Below, in pieces: positions 26,178 through 35,916 of a stretch of 41,696 nt of DNA. Under the pieces are notes generated by a model. It worked only from the letters and a program-made list of their open reading frames with translations, ran no database searches and was not told the origin of the DNA. A program made the position numbers and the translations under genes. Origin of the DNA: Deltaproteobacteria bacterium (lineage in GTDB: Bacteria; Bdellovibrionota; JACOXK01; 2-02-FULL-40-11). The stretch covers positions 1 through 41,696 of the forward strand of contig JAHFEZ010000003.1 in the NCBI GenBank assembly GCA_023248265.1, read 5' to 3'. Numbering within the stretch: position 1 is the first letter of the stretch; each line of letters starts with the position of its first letter.

Positions 26178-26586
26178 TCTTATCTCCTTTAAAGGTATAG
26201 CGTTCTTTTTTCACCCATTGCCCGGCGACTTGCCTTGGATCTTTATGAACTTTTGTTTTAAAAACCACCAGTTTTCCTTCTTTGGGCTCCAGCCAAAAAT
26301 CAATATCATAGACTTTTTCCTTGGCATCTTTCAGGCTAAAATCTGTACATGCGAAATAATTTTTGTCCCCCAGTTTTCTAACTGGATCGTGAATCTTTAC
26401 AAATTCTAAATCAAGAACCTTATCGTGATCATCGACATCTGCGAGAGTAAAAACCCCATCTTTCGAAACAGATTTGATATGCTCCGTAATGGCTCGCTTG
26501 ACATCCTTCGCTGTGAAGTCTGCAGCAGAGAGCTGTGCTCCCACCAAAAAAATAACACTTACACTTAATATAACAACTCGTCGCAT
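26161..26586 (-). CDS. Secreted protein, unknown function (coupled to the transglutaminase-like gene)
   Basis: 141-aa ORF. GGAGGAG RBS. Signal peptide ...GAQLSA. 17-nt overlap with the downstream gene. Confidence 0.7.
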   Translation of the reverse strand: MRRVVILSVSVIFLVGAQLSAADFTAKDVKRAITEHIKSVSKDGVFTLADVDDHDKVLDLEFVKIHDPVRKLGDKNYFACTDFSLKDAKEKVYDIDFWLEPKEGKLVVFKTKVHKDPRQVAGQWVKKERYTFKGDKIVPAK

Positions 26587-26622
26587 AACTCCTCCTCCAA
26601 ATAAAGGTTATAAGTTAGATAC

Positions 26623-26691
26623 AGAGGCAGAATTGTTCTGGAGCGATCAAATAAAAGCATGCTCGCTCCAGAACAATTCTGCCTCTTTTTT
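26623..26691. terminator. Long perfect hairpin (23-bp stem, 18-nt loop) with a T-run on the plus strand
   Basis: AGAGGCAGAATTGTTCTGGAGCG (26623-26645) pairs perfectly with CGCTCCAGAACAATTCTGCCTCT (26664-26686), then TTTTT. It lies 30 nt downstream of the mpg stop, but mpg is on the minus strand, where no T-run follows. Confidence 0.45.
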
Positions 26692-26716
26692 AACATGTAA
26701 CCAATACTACAAGGAG

Positions 26717-27250
26717 TTAGAAGGCAGGATCAAGATAAAAACGCCATGGCTTATGTTGCCATTGTCCTGCATAGCCAATGCCAATCCGTTTTCCTTGTCG
26801 AATATGCTTTGAAGAAACTTTAACCCCCTGATCTTCAAACCAAAGTCCCACTTCAGGAAGTGCTTGTTTCCCATTAAATTTATTATCAATTTTTAAAAAA
26901 CGGGTGAGTTTACCAGGGCCATTGAAATGCGCTTTCTCTGTCTTCACTCCCCGAATGAGAATGGCCGCTGGGAAATCTTTTTCCTCGGTAACAATATTGA
27001 GCATCCAATACATCCCATAGACCAGATACACGTACCAAATACCTCCTTCTTCAAACATGACTTTATTTCTCTCAGTTTTTCCTTTTGCAGCATGGCAGGC
27101 TTTATCTTCCATTCCCACATAAGCTTCCACTTCAGTTACTTGCCCCCTAAGACACTGATTTCCTTTTTTTCTAACTAAAAATTTTCCTAAAAGATCATGC
27201 GAGATATCTAAGGTAGGACGATGGAAAAAATCTTGGGATAAAACACTCAT
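26717..27250 (-). CDS. mpg: DNA-3-methyladenine glycosylase (Mpg/AAG family)
   Basis: 177-aa ORF. FFHRPTLDISHDLLGKFLVR, EVEAYVG, HAAKGKTERNKVMF and YVYLVYGMYWMLNIV motifs. Confidence 0.9.
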   Translation of the reverse strand: MSVLSQDFFHRPTLDISHDLLGKFLVRKKGNQCLRGQVTEVEAYVGMEDKACHAAKGKTERNKVMFEEGGIWYVYLVYGMYWMLNIVTEEKDFPAAILIRGVKTEKAHFNGPGKLTRFLKIDNKFNGKQALPEVGLWFEDQGVKVSSKHIRQGKRIGIGYAGQWQHKPWRFYLDPAF

Positions 27251-27253
27251 TCG

Positions 27254-28420
27254 TTATCGATAGGCCGGGATACCCGTCACAGCTTCCCCCACAATCAACG
27301 TGTGAATATCATGGGTACCTTCGTACGTTTTCACAGCTTCCAGATTGCACATGTGACGTCCAACGTGATATTCATACGCCGTTCCATTGGCTCCAAGCAT
27401 ATCCCTGGCCATACGTGCCACTTCAAGTGCCATCCAAACATTATTTTTCTTAGCCAAAGAAACTTGATGGGGTTTGATTTTTCCTTCATCTTTCAATTTG
27501 CCCAGTCGCCACGCCAAAAGCTGAGCCTTTGTAATTTCTTGAACCATCCAGGCCAGCTTTTGTTGCACCAATTGAAAGGACGCAATCGGTTTTTCAAATT
27601 GAATCCGTTCTTTGGCATATTCTAAAGCAATATGATAACACGCCATGGCAGCCCCAAGAGCCCCCCAGGAAATTCCATAGCGCGCTTGGTTTAAACACAT
27701 GAGAGCAGATTTGAGGCCCTCGCTTTTGGGCAAAATATTTTTAGCTGGAATTTTAACATCTGTCAGAGAAATTTCACTGGTCACAGAAGCTCTTAAAGAA
27801 ATTTTTCCTTTGATATCTGAGGTCTTCACGCCTGAAGTCCCCTTCTCTACTAAAAATCCTCGAATACCTTCATCTGTCTTGGCCCAAATGACACAGACAT
27901 CTGCCACAGAGCCATTGGTAATCCACATTTTGGTACCATTTAAAATATAAGAGCTTCCATCTTTTTTAGCAGCGGTTCTCATCCCAGAAGGATAAGATCC
28001 AAAATCTGGTTCTGTAAGCCCAAAACATCCAATGGCTTTTCCTTGCTGAAGCAGTGGAAGCCATTTTTCTTTTTGCTCTTCACTGCCAAAAGTCAAAATG
28101 GGATACATCACCAACGCCCCTTGTACAGAGACAAACGATCTTAGCCCACTATCTCCCCGCTCGAGCTCTTGCATAATGAGCCCATAGGCGTTGGCCCCCA
28201 GACCTGCACAGCCATAGCCTTTGAGCTGCGCTCCTAAAAGCCCCAACTCTGCCATTTTTGGAATTAATTGAGAGGGAAATTTGGCCTTTTCATTATAGTC
28301 TTCAATGATGGGGATAACTTCTTTTTCAACGAACTCACGAACTGTTTTTCGGATGAGCTTTTCTTCTTCGGTCAAAAACACATCCAAATCATAAAAATCT
28401 AATCCATCAAACGTCCTCAT
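27254..28420 (-). CDS. gcdH: Acyl-CoA dehydrogenase, glutaryl-CoA dehydrogenase-like
   Basis: 388-aa ORF. The N-terminus FDGLDFYDLDVFLTEEEKLIRKTVREFVE and CFGLTEPDFGSYPSGMRT resemble GCDH-type ACADs. Confidence 0.85.
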   Translation of the reverse strand: MRTFDGLDFYDLDVFLTEEEKLIRKTVREFVEKEVIPIIEDYNEKAKFPSQLIPKMAELGLLGAQLKGYGCAGLGANAYGLIMQELERGDSGLRSFVSVQGALVMYPILTFGSEEQKEKWLPLLQQGKAIGCFGLTEPDFGSYPSGMRTAAKKDGSSYILNGTKMWITNGSVADVCVIWAKTDEGIRGFLVEKGTSGVKTSDIKGKISLRASVTSEISLTDVKIPAKNILPKSEGLKSALMCLNQARYGISWGALGAAMACYHIALEYAKERIQFEKPIASFQLVQQKLAWMVQEITKAQLLAWRLGKLKDEGKIKPHQVSLAKKNNVWMALEVARMARDMLGANGTAYEYHVGRHMCNLEAVKTYEGTHDIHTLIVGEAVTGIPAYR

Positions 28421-28464
28421 ACGTGGGCATTGTTACTGAAATTTAGAAGATTAGGCAAGTATCT

Positions 28465-28989
28465 TTATCGCTGAACGAGCTCTACCAAATGCACTTGGCA
28501 CCAGTTCCCACCAATAAGCGCCCAACCAGAACGAAGTTCTTGATAAAGCACATCTCTATTTTTTTCATTGCGATCTACAATCGGATAACATTCGCGTCGA
28601 AGATCTTTGACTTCAGAATCAGATTCAAACATCGTGTAATCCAGAGACTGAGACTCAAGTTCTATGGAGCAACGATATCCCAAAAAATCTCTATCAATTC
28701 CACCTGAAAATAATTCCACCTGGGGTGTTATTTTAATAAGCTTTGGATTAAAACCCACGTGTTTTAAAGACAAATAAAAGAGCTTGGACTCTATATCAGA
28801 AACTGTTTCAGAACATTTTTGTTCAGCCGCAGTTTTTAATTTTAAAACATCCGGATGCTGCGCCCCATACCAACTGCTCTCAACTGTTTGACTATAGGGG
28901 ACCACTGTTACACTATCCCTAACTTGTGCACTCAGAGTTAAACTTCCAGAAAAAAATACCAGAAAAATGAATATTATTTTAGATTTCAT
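28465..28989 (-). CDS. Secreted protein, unknown function
   Basis: 174-aa ORF. GGGAGG RBS. Signal peptide ...LTLSAQV. Confidence 0.6.
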   Translation of the reverse strand: MKSKIIFIFLVFFSGSLTLSAQVRDSVTVVPYSQTVESSWYGAQHPDVLKLKTAAEQKCSETVSDIESKLFYLSLKHVGFNPKLIKITPQVELFSGGIDRDFLGYRCSIELESQSLDYTMFESDSEVKDLRRECYPIVDRNEKNRDVLYQELRSGWALIGGNWCQVHLVELVQR

Positions 28990-29092
28990 ACCAACAATAC
29001 CTCCCTTAAAGTTTCTAACTTCTTATCCATACAAGAGTTAAAATTTTTATCAAGAAAAAAGTTACAGGGCATTTCTATTTACTTGAATTTTG

Positions 29093-29218
29093 GGGCACCT
29101 CTAAAAAGTGCCCAGATGCAAGGCGCCCGAGAAGCGGCGACCGAGGCGTACTTATGCAGTACGTTGAGGGAGACGCGACAAGGGCAACGAAGCAGATGGG
29201 TGCTTTTTAGAGGTGCCC
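29093..29218 (+). repeat. GC-rich nested-palindrome element, copy 2
   Basis: Outer helix GGGCACCTCTAAAAAGTGCCCAGATGC / GCAGATGGGTGCTTTTTAGAGGTGCCC, with two G-U pairs and a 2-nt mismatch. Its core is homologous to the reverse complement of 14810-14933. Followed by TG+TTTTT (29221-29225). Overlaps copA by 12 nt. Confidence 0.85.
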
Positions 29219-31429
29219 TGTTTTTAATCGATTTGCATTCAACACAACGGTGAGAGAACTTAAGGTCATGGCGGCCCCAGCTATCATGGGATTTAATAAA
29301 ATTCCCCAGTGCGGATAGAGAATACCTGCGGCAATAGGGAGACTCAACACATTATACAGAAAAGCACCAAAGAAATTTTGGTAAATATTTCTAATAGTCA
29401 CCTTGGAAATTTGAATAGCTGAAACAATAGGTGTCAGTCCCTCCCCCATCAAAATGACATCTCCACTTTCAATGGCCACATCGGTCCCTCGGCCTATGGC
29501 AAACCCCACATGTGCCCGAGACAAAGAAGGCGCGTCATTCATCCCATCTCCGACCATCCCTACTTTTTCACCCTGCATTTGAAGCTCTCTTATTTTTTGC
29601 TCTTTATCTCCGGGCAAAAGCTCTGAAACCACCTCTTGAATCCCAAGTGTTTGGGCAACACGCTGCGCTACATCGTGACTATCTCCTGTCATTAAGATAA
29701 TCTTAAGTCCCATCTTTTGAAGAGTCTCCACCGTTGCCTTGGCATCTTTCTTAAGGGGATCTGAAACGCTCACCCTTCCAATCACTTTTTCTTCTAAAGC
29801 TAAATACATGGAAGTTTCTCCTGAAGCTGGAGAAGCAAAATCTCCCAAGTCCATATGCACATGACGCATGAGCTTCATATTTCCAAAATAAATATTTTTT
29901 CCTTCAAACATTGCACATACACCTTGGCCTGCTTCAGCATGGAAATTTTGAAGAGACAAAAAATCTAAATTTGTTTCTTTAAATTTGGCAACAATAGCTT
30001 GAGCCAGCGGGTGCTCTGAATGTCGTTCAAGGCTTGCGGCCAACTGCAACACTTTTTGTTCATTAAATTCAAAAGACCCCACGATGCGAGTCACTTCAGG
30101 ACGGCCTTCAGTGACGGTTCCTGTTTTATCCAATACGATTGTGGTGAGTTGTCCTGCTTTTTGAAGGGCTTCTCCATTTCGAATTAAAATACCATGCTCT
30201 GCCGCCTTCCCCACCCCCACCATAATGGAAAGAGGGGTGGCCAGTCCTAGCGCACAGGGACATGCAATAATAAGAACCGTCATCATCGTTACAAAGGCAT
30301 AGGCAATGGATGGCGTAGGCCCAAAGTAAAACCAGACAGAAAAAGTCAAAAGAGCTAGCGCCATCACCACTGGCACAAACACAGAAGAAATCTGGTCTGC
30401 CAATCGCCCTAAATGAGGTTTTGAGCTTTGAGCTGTTTTCACCATCTCCACAATTTGAGCTAACGCTGTTTCTCTTCCTATACGTGTCGCCTTCAATAAA
30501 AAACTCCCACTTTTATTGAGTGTTCCTGCATGAGCTTCTTGCTCCACACTTTTTTCAACGGGCATTGACTCTCCTGTTAGCATCGACTCATCCACCCAGG
30601 AACTGCCTTCGACCACTTTTCCATCGACAGGAATTTTTTCGCCCGGCCGAACGCGTACGATATCTCCCACTTTAACTTGGTCTAGAGGGATATCTGTTTC
30701 TATTAAATTTCTAATCACACGCGCCATCTTGGGCTGAAGCGCCAAAAGTTTTTGAATAGCTTCGCTTGTTTTTCCACGCGCTTTGGCTTCAAGGGCACTG
30801 CCTAAATTCACAAAGGCAATAATCACAACCGCCGCTTCAAAATAAACATGTCGGGCAAACTCCGGAAGAAGCACCGGAAATAAAGAAAGAAGCATCGAAT
30901 ACACCCAGGCCGAGCCTGTCCCTAATGCAATCAATGTATCCATCGTGGCGCTTCGATATTTTAAGGAAGCCCAAAAACCCCTAAAAAACTGTTCTCCAGA
31001 ATAGATCAATACCCCTAAAGATAAAATCCCGACCCCAATCCAAAAGATCTGCCCTCGAGATTCATCGAGATATGGAAGCACATGAAAAAAATCGGCCACC
31101 ATTAAGGGAATACCCACAACAGCAGCCATCGCACTTTTTTTCAAAAGTTTTTTATACTGAAAAGATTCTAAACTTTCTTTTTCTGATTCACTTTCACCAT
31201 TCCCGCATTCTTTGGCCTGATATCCAATGTCGTTCACCACTTTGATCAAAATTTCCGTCGAAACTCCCCCTTGAACGATAGCCGTTCGTTCCACCAAGTT
31301 CACACTGGCTGAGGTTACCCCATGGACTTTGGATAATGCCTTTTCAACTTTTGATACACAACTGGCACACGTCATCCCCGAAATTAAAAATCGCTTAACA
31401 TTAGAATTATTATCAGAATTATTATCCAT
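29207..31429 (-). CDS. copA: Copper-translocating P1B-type ATPase
   Basis: 740-aa ORF. HMA domain [18 protein letters not shown] motif [28 protein letters not shown]. Confidence 0.95.
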   Translation of the reverse strand: MDNNSDNNSNVKRFLISGMTCASCVSKVEKALSKVHGVTSASVNLVERTAIVQGGVSTEILIKVVNDIGYQAKECGNGESESEKESLESFQYKKLLKKSAMAAVVGIPLMVADFFHVLPYLDESRGQIFWIGVGILSLGVLIYSGEQFFRGFWASLKYRSATMDTLIALGTGSAWVYSMLLSLFPVLLPEFARHVYFEAAVVIIAFVNLGSALEAKARGKTSEAIQKLLALQPKMARVIRNLIETDIPLDQVKVGDIVRVRPGEKIPVDGKVVEGSSWVDESMLTGESMPVEKSVEQEAHAGTLNKSGSFLLKATRIGRETALAQIVEMVKTAQSSKPHLGRLADQISSVFVPVVMALALLTFSVWFYFGPTPSIAYAFVTMMTVLIIACPCALGLATPLSIMVGVGKAAEHGILIRNGEALQKAGQLTTIVLDKTGTVTEGRPEVTRIVGSFEFNEQKVLQLAASLERHSEHPLAQAIVAKFKETNLDFLSLQNFHAEAGQGVCAMFEGKNIYFGNMKLMRHVHMDLGDFASPASGETSMYLALEEKVIGRVSVSDPLKKDAKATVETLQKMGLKIILMTGDSHDVAQRVAQTLGIQEVVSELLPGDKEQKIRELQMQGEKVGMVGDGMNDAPSLSRAHVGFAIGRGTDVAIESGDVILMGEGLTPIVSAIQISKVTIRNIYQNFFGAFLYNVLSLPIAAGILYPHWGILLNPMIAGAAMTLSSLTVVLNANRLKTGHL

Positions 31430-31433
31430 CTTT

Positions 31434-32576
31434 TTATTGTGAATCTGGGTGAATTTTTCTGAACGTCGTATACATCAAAAGATCATAAATAATTTTAATG
31501 GAGGGGCCAATGAAAAAAGGAGTAGAAAAACTCACTGTATTCATCACATCCCCCGCTACCATAGGAGATACAGCCCATCCAAAGTTACGAGTGACCGTCA
31601 CCATACCCAAGGCAAACGTTCTTTCTTTAGGTTGAACAATCGAAGCCATATAAGACTGACGCGTAGGCACGTCCATTTCTACCAAACATTCTCGAATAAA
31701 ATACAAAATCGCTGCCGACCAAAAGGTCGCCATAAAAGGGATACACATGAGAAGTAAACTCGACGGAATATGTGAAAAAACCATGGTATTTAATAATCCA
31801 ACTCTATTGGCAAGCCAGGCTGCCATGAGATGAGAAAATGCATTGGCAATGCGCGTTGTAAAAAAGAGAGTACCAATGGTTGCTTCGCTCACTCCAAAGG
31901 TTTTAAAAAACCAATACGCCACCAAGGCATTGGTTAAAAACCCCCCACCGATGGAATCTAAAAAAGAAATACCGGCAAAACGCTTTACTCGTTTTAGGGA
32001 GGCAGCCGATATGGGCTCCTTGGCAACATTAAAAATTTCTACTTTTTTAGATAGCCCAAAATAAAAAAGGCCACTTAAAAAAATAAGTCCACAATAAACC
32101 AAAAAGGTCCATTGGTAAGAAGCAATATCTGAAACCTTATATGTGTGTCGAAGGAAAAAAGGCAATCCTCCTAAAAAACTTCCAGATGCATGTCCCACAT
32201 CGAGCACCACATTATACCAGGCAAATGTCTGGGTTCTGGATTTCACATCATACCCGGAAGATAAAATGGCTTGTTCCAAAGAAGAAGCTGCCATCCGATC
32301 TCGTCCCATACCATTGATCATTCCTAAAAAAGTAAGCCCACATAAAATGACAAAAGAAGGATGCATCAAGAGCGCACCTCCTCCCCCCACAGATAAAAGA
32401 GAAATCAATAACAACAGTTTTCGACGGCCCACACGATCCGCATAAAGACTCACCCCTAAAGTGGCACACGTTCCCCCGAGAAGTCCCAGTGTAATTAAAA
32501 TTCCAATTTGAGAAGTACTGAGCCCCATTGTTGCCCAGTAAATGGCAATCACAACTCCCGTCAGAGCAATTCCCAT
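31434..32576 (-). CDS. MFS transporter
   Basis: 380-aa polytopic ORF. Motif-A-like ADRVGRRK after the second TM helix. Confidence 0.8.
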   Translation of the reverse strand: MGIALTGVVIAIYWATMGLSTSQIGILITLGLLGGTCATLGVSLYADRVGRRKLLLLISLLSVGGGGALLMHPSFVILCGLTFLGMINGMGRDRMAASSLEQAILSSGYDVKSRTQTFAWYNVVLDVGHASGSFLGGLPFFLRHTYKVSDIASYQWTFLVYCGLIFLSGLFYFGLSKKVEIFNVAKEPISAASLKRVKRFAGISFLDSIGGGFLTNALVAYWFFKTFGVSEATIGTLFFTTRIANAFSHLMAAWLANRVGLLNTMVFSHIPSSLLLMCIPFMATFWSAAILYFIRECLVEMDVPTRQSYMASIVQPKERTFALGMVTVTRNFGWAVSPMVAGDVMNTVSFSTPFFIGPSIKIIYDLLMYTTFRKIHPDSQ

Positions 32577-32636
32577 GGAGCGGAAAAGACCAGAGGCATA
32601 AATAAGAACTGTATCTTTAGAAAAAGAAATGCGCGT

Positions 32637-35039
32637 TTACCCTTGTTTTGTAATACGCATACCGTAAAAAGATCTAGCCACAAAAACCAATCCAACAACG
32701 AACAGCACAGAGCCAATGTATAACGCCGCATGTTGGGCAGATACTGCAATTTCTACAGCTAATAAACCGAATAATGTCGTGAACTTAATAATTGGATTTA
32801 AAGCAACAGATGAAGTGTCTTTATAAGGATCTCCCACCGTATCTCCCACCACGCATGCAGCATGAAGAGGCGTACCCTTTTCTTTTAAATCTACTTCAAC
32901 CACTTTTTTGGCATTGTCCCAAGCACTCCCCGCATTGGACATGAAAATCGCCTGGTACAAACCAAAAACAGCAATAGAAATTAAATAAGAAGCAAAAAAC
33001 GTTGGATCAAAACAAGCAAACGCAAGCGTAAAACAAAAAATAACAGCAAATATATTTAACATCCCGGCCTGAGCATATTGCGTGCAAATTCGAACCACCT
33101 CTTTTGATTTTGCGACATCTGCCTTGGCTTCGGAATCCAGGCGAATATTTTTCTTAATATATTCCACCGCTCGGAAAGCACCCGTTGTCACCGCTTGCAT
33201 CGAAGCTCCAGAAAACCAATAAATGACCGCCCCACCGGTAATTAAACCCAAAAGAACCTTTGGGTTTAAAAGATCCAGCTTCAAATTCAAAAGCAGAATA
33301 ATTGAAAAGATCATCGTGGTTGCCCCAATCACTGCAGTTCCAATCAGCACAGGCTTAGCTGTTGCTTTAAAAGTATTTCCTGCAGAATCATTTTCTTCCA
33401 AGAGATGTTTGCCTCTTTTAAAATCCGGCGTAAAACCAAATTGACGTTGGATGTCTGCTTTGACATTAGGTAAATGTTCAATCTGAGAAAGTTCAAATAC
33501 CGATTGAGCATTGTCTGTCACTGGGCCATAGCTATCCACAGCAATCGTCACAGGCCCCATTCCTAAGAATCCAAAAGCCACCAGACCAAATGCAAATACC
33601 GTTGGATAAACCATAAAACCATCCAGTCCCGTTGAAGAGGTCAGATAAGCAATAAACATAAGCGACACAATGGCAATTCCCATCCAAAACGCGCTAAAAT
33701 TCCCCGCAACCAACCCTGAAAGAATATTAAGCGATGCTCCGCCCTCGCGCGATGCAGAAACAACTTCTGCCACATGCTTAGATTTGGAGGATGTAAAAAT
33801 TTTTGTAAACTCAGGAATCACGGCCGCAGCGAGCGTACCACAGCTAATAATCGTTGAGAGCTTCCACCACAAATCGGGCCCCAAGTGAGAAATCAAAAGA
33901 TAACTCACACCATACGTCACCAAAATCGAGACAACAGATGTAATCCACACAAGCGTTGTCAAAGGGATTTCAAAATCAAAGTGATCGGCATTGGCAAATC
34001 TAGCATGTGATAATTTGTTATTCATCCAATATGAACCCACAGAAGTCACAATCATTAAAACTCTCATCACAAAAATCCAAATAATGAGAGTTGCTTGAAG
34101 ATCAGCGCCGCCTGGCGATAATGTTAATCCGCCATTGGGATTCGCAAGCATTCCCACGGCCAGAACAATAAAACTAATCAGAGCAACACCTGTCACACCA
34201 TAGGTTTCAAAACCGTCGGCCGTTGGACCCACAGAATCACCGGCATTGTCACCCACACAGTCAGCAATGACACCTGGATTTCTAGCGTCATCTTCTTTAA
34301 TATTAAAAACAATTTTCATAAGATCGGAACCAATATCCGCTATTTTTGTAAAAATACCTCCGCAAATTCTCAAAGCTGAAGCGCCCAAAGATTCTCCAAT
34401 CGCAAATCCCACAAAGCAAGCCCCAGCACTTTCCTTAGGAATAAAAAGCAAAATAAAAATCATCATGACCAGTTCAACACAAATCAAAAGGACACCAATA
34501 GACATGCCTGAACGAAGCGGAATTTCCATCACCGGATAGGGCTTACCTTCTAATGAAGCAAAGGCCGTTCGGCTGTTGGCATAGGTATTGAGTCTCATTC
34601 CAAACCAAGCCACACCATAAGATCCCAAAATTCCAAGGATAGACCATGATAAAATCATCAGAACTCTAGAAATCTCCATCTGTTGCAAAATATAAAAATA
34701 ATAAAAAATACAAGACCCAATAAAACATTCCAGAAGAATTAAAAGTTTTCCCTGTTGAACCAAATACGCTTTACAGGTTTCATAAATAAGAGCCGAAACA
34801 TCCAGCATGGACTGATGGGCAAGCAAATGTTTGGTTCTTAAAAATTCATACAAACCAAAGAGCATCCCTAAAAGGGCAACCACAATCCCACACATCAAAA
34901 GCGAGGTGCCTTGAACCGTCGTTCCAAAAAGATTAAAAGTTACATTTGAAAATTCAGGGATATGAAGTTCCGCTTCACTGGCGAAGACATTCCCACCCAC
35001 AAAAAGACTTAACAGAATCAATTTTGAAAGTTTTTTCAT
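32637..35039 (-). CDS. hppA: Membrane-integral pyrophosphatase, K+-independent signature
   Basis: Start moved to ATG 35039 (GGAGG 9 nt upstream), giving 800 aa. Motifs GGIFTKIADIGSDL, NPGVIADCVGDNAGD, AGNTFKATAKP (Lys at the K+-dependence position) and GDTVGDPYKDTS. The N-terminus looks like a signal peptide. Confidence 0.9.
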   Translation of the reverse strand: MKKLSKLILLSLFVGGNVFASEAELHIPEFSNVTFNLFGTTVQGTSLLMCGIVVALLGMLFGLYEFLRTKHLLAHQSMLDVSALIYETCKAYLVQQGKLLILLECFIGSCIFYYFYILQQMEISRVLMILSWSILGILGSYGVAWFGMRLNTYANSRTAFASLEGKPYPVMEIPLRSGMSIGVLLICVELVMMIFILLFIPKESAGACFVGFAIGESLGASALRICGGIFTKIADIGSDLMKIVFNIKEDDARNPGVIADCVGDNAGDSVGPTADGFETYGVTGVALISFIVLAVGMLANPNGGLTLSPGGADLQATLIIWIFVMRVLMIVTSVGSYWMNNKLSHARFANADHFDFEIPLTTLVWITSVVSILVTYGVSYLLISHLGPDLWWKLSTIISCGTLAAAVIPEFTKIFTSSKSKHVAEVVSASREGGASLNILSGLVAGNFSAFWMGIAIVSLMFIAYLTSSTGLDGFMVYPTVFAFGLVAFGFLGMGPVTIAVDSYGPVTDNAQSVFELSQIEHLPNVKADIQRQFGFTPDFKRGKHLLEENDSAGNTFKATAKPVLIGTAVIGATTMIFSIILLLNLKLDLLNPKVLLGLITGGAVIYWFSGASMQAVTTGAFRAVEYIKKNIRLDSEAKADVAKSKEVVRICTQYAQAGMLNIFAVIFCFTLAFACFDPTFFASYLISIAVFGLYQAIFMSNAGSAWDNAKKVVEVDLKEKGTPLHAACVVGDTVGDPYKDTSSVALNPIIKFTTLFGLLAVEIAVSAQHAALYIGSVLFVVGLVFVARSFYGMRITKQG

Positions 35040-35148
35040 CGTTTTTATCCTCCGATTGTCAGGATGACCGTATTCAAGCCTTGAGAAAATAACTGTAGAG
35101 GCCACATCTTGTCAATTATTTTGAACATGTGTATATTCTTCTTCCTTC

Positions 35149-35889
35149 ATGAAAAAACGTGGAATTTTCATACTATTAGCCCTGGGAATTTTGATTACAA
35201 GCCTTGGTTTTTTTATTCGAGAATTTCCAGATGTTCGCATTCTCAAAAATCACCATCCTGTTATTTTTACGCAAGGCTTTACAAGACCTAAAGTTTTTTT
35301 TGTAAAAAATAAACCCCTGGAGTGGGTTTCTCTGAGTGATATTTCAGAAAAAACACTGGGAGCTATTTTGGTCAGTGAAGACTGGGCTTTTTATCACCAC
35401 AACGGACTTGATCCAAATCAGATCAAGAAAGCACTTGAAATCAATTGGCAAAAAGGACGCTTTGTTCGAGGTGCCAGTACCATTACTCAGCAGGTCGTTC
35501 GTAATATCTTTTTAAACAAAGATAAAAACTTATGGCGAAAATTTAAGGAAATTATCTTGGCCCTGCGCCTGGAAAAAGAATTGAGTAAAAACGAAATCCT
35601 AGAAATTTATTTAAACATTGCTGAATGGGGGGAAGGCCTCTATGGCATTGGCCCAGCGTCGCGCTATTACTTTAATAAACATCCCTCCGAACTGACAGCC
35701 AAGGAAGGCGCCTTCTTAGCAGTGCTTCTCCCCAGTCCTAGAAAATACAGCCGAACCTTTCGAGAGCAAGGTCTAACGGAGTTTGCATTTAATCGGATGG
35801 AAAATATTTTACAAAAAATGACTCAAGCTCAATATTTAACAGCAGAAGAATACCAAGAAGAAAGTTCAGAGCCTTTGGTCTTAAATTGA
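35149..35889 (+). CDS. mtgA: Monofunctional peptidoglycan glycosyltransferase
   Basis: 246-aa ORF. N-terminal anchor. GT51 motifs EDWAFYHHNGLD, RGASTITQQ, RKFKE. Confidence 0.92.
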   Translation: MKKRGIFILLALGILITSLGFFIREFPDVRILKNHHPVIFTQGFTRPKVFFVKNKPLEWVSLSDISEKTLGAILVSEDWAFYHHNGLDPNQIKKALEINWQKGRFVRGASTITQQVVRNIFLNKDKNLWRKFKEIILALRLEKELSKNEILEIYLNIAEWGEGLYGIGPASRYYFNKHPSELTAKEGAFLAVLLPSPRKYSRTFREQGLTEFAFNRMENILQKMTQAQYLTAEEYQEESSEPLVLN

Positions 35890-35890
35890 T

Positions 35891-35916
35891 CTAGCAGTTT
35901 TCTGCTGGTTATTTTT
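35891..35916 (+). terminator. Rho-independent terminator of mtgA
   Basis: CTAGCAG-TTTT-CTGCTGG (7-bp stem with one G-U pair) followed by TTATTTTT, starting 2 nt after the mtgA stop. Confidence 0.7.

Noticed and set aside
29114-29248. 44-codon ORF starting at the ATG inside element copy 2 (MQGAREAATEAYLCSTLRE...).
   Set aside because: It has no RBS. The homologous orientation of copy 1 has only an 8-codon ORF, so coding potential is not conserved between the copies.
32561-32749. 62-aa ORF, and an in-frame open stretch upstream of the MFS ATG (…[19 protein letters not shown]…) suggesting a longer MFS protein.
   Set aside because: The 62-aa ORF overlaps the hppA 3' end in another frame. The open stretch upstream of the MFS start contains no ATG, GTG or TTG and is bounded by the hppA stop, so ATG 32576 is kept.
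33223-34539. Several 60-100-aa plus-strand ORFs inside hppA. Similar antisense ORFs occur inside pit, copA, the MFS gene, GH15, DUF885 and the 766-aa gene.
   Set aside because: All lie antisense to strongly supported genes, have no RBS and have low-complexity or compositionally biased translations. They are typical shadow ORFs.
35040-35105. Longer start (MASTVIFSRLEYGHPDNRRIKT) for the pyrophosphatase gene.
   Set aside because: The internal ATG at 35039 is preceded by GGAGG, and it begins a signal-peptide-like sequence. The extension has no RBS.
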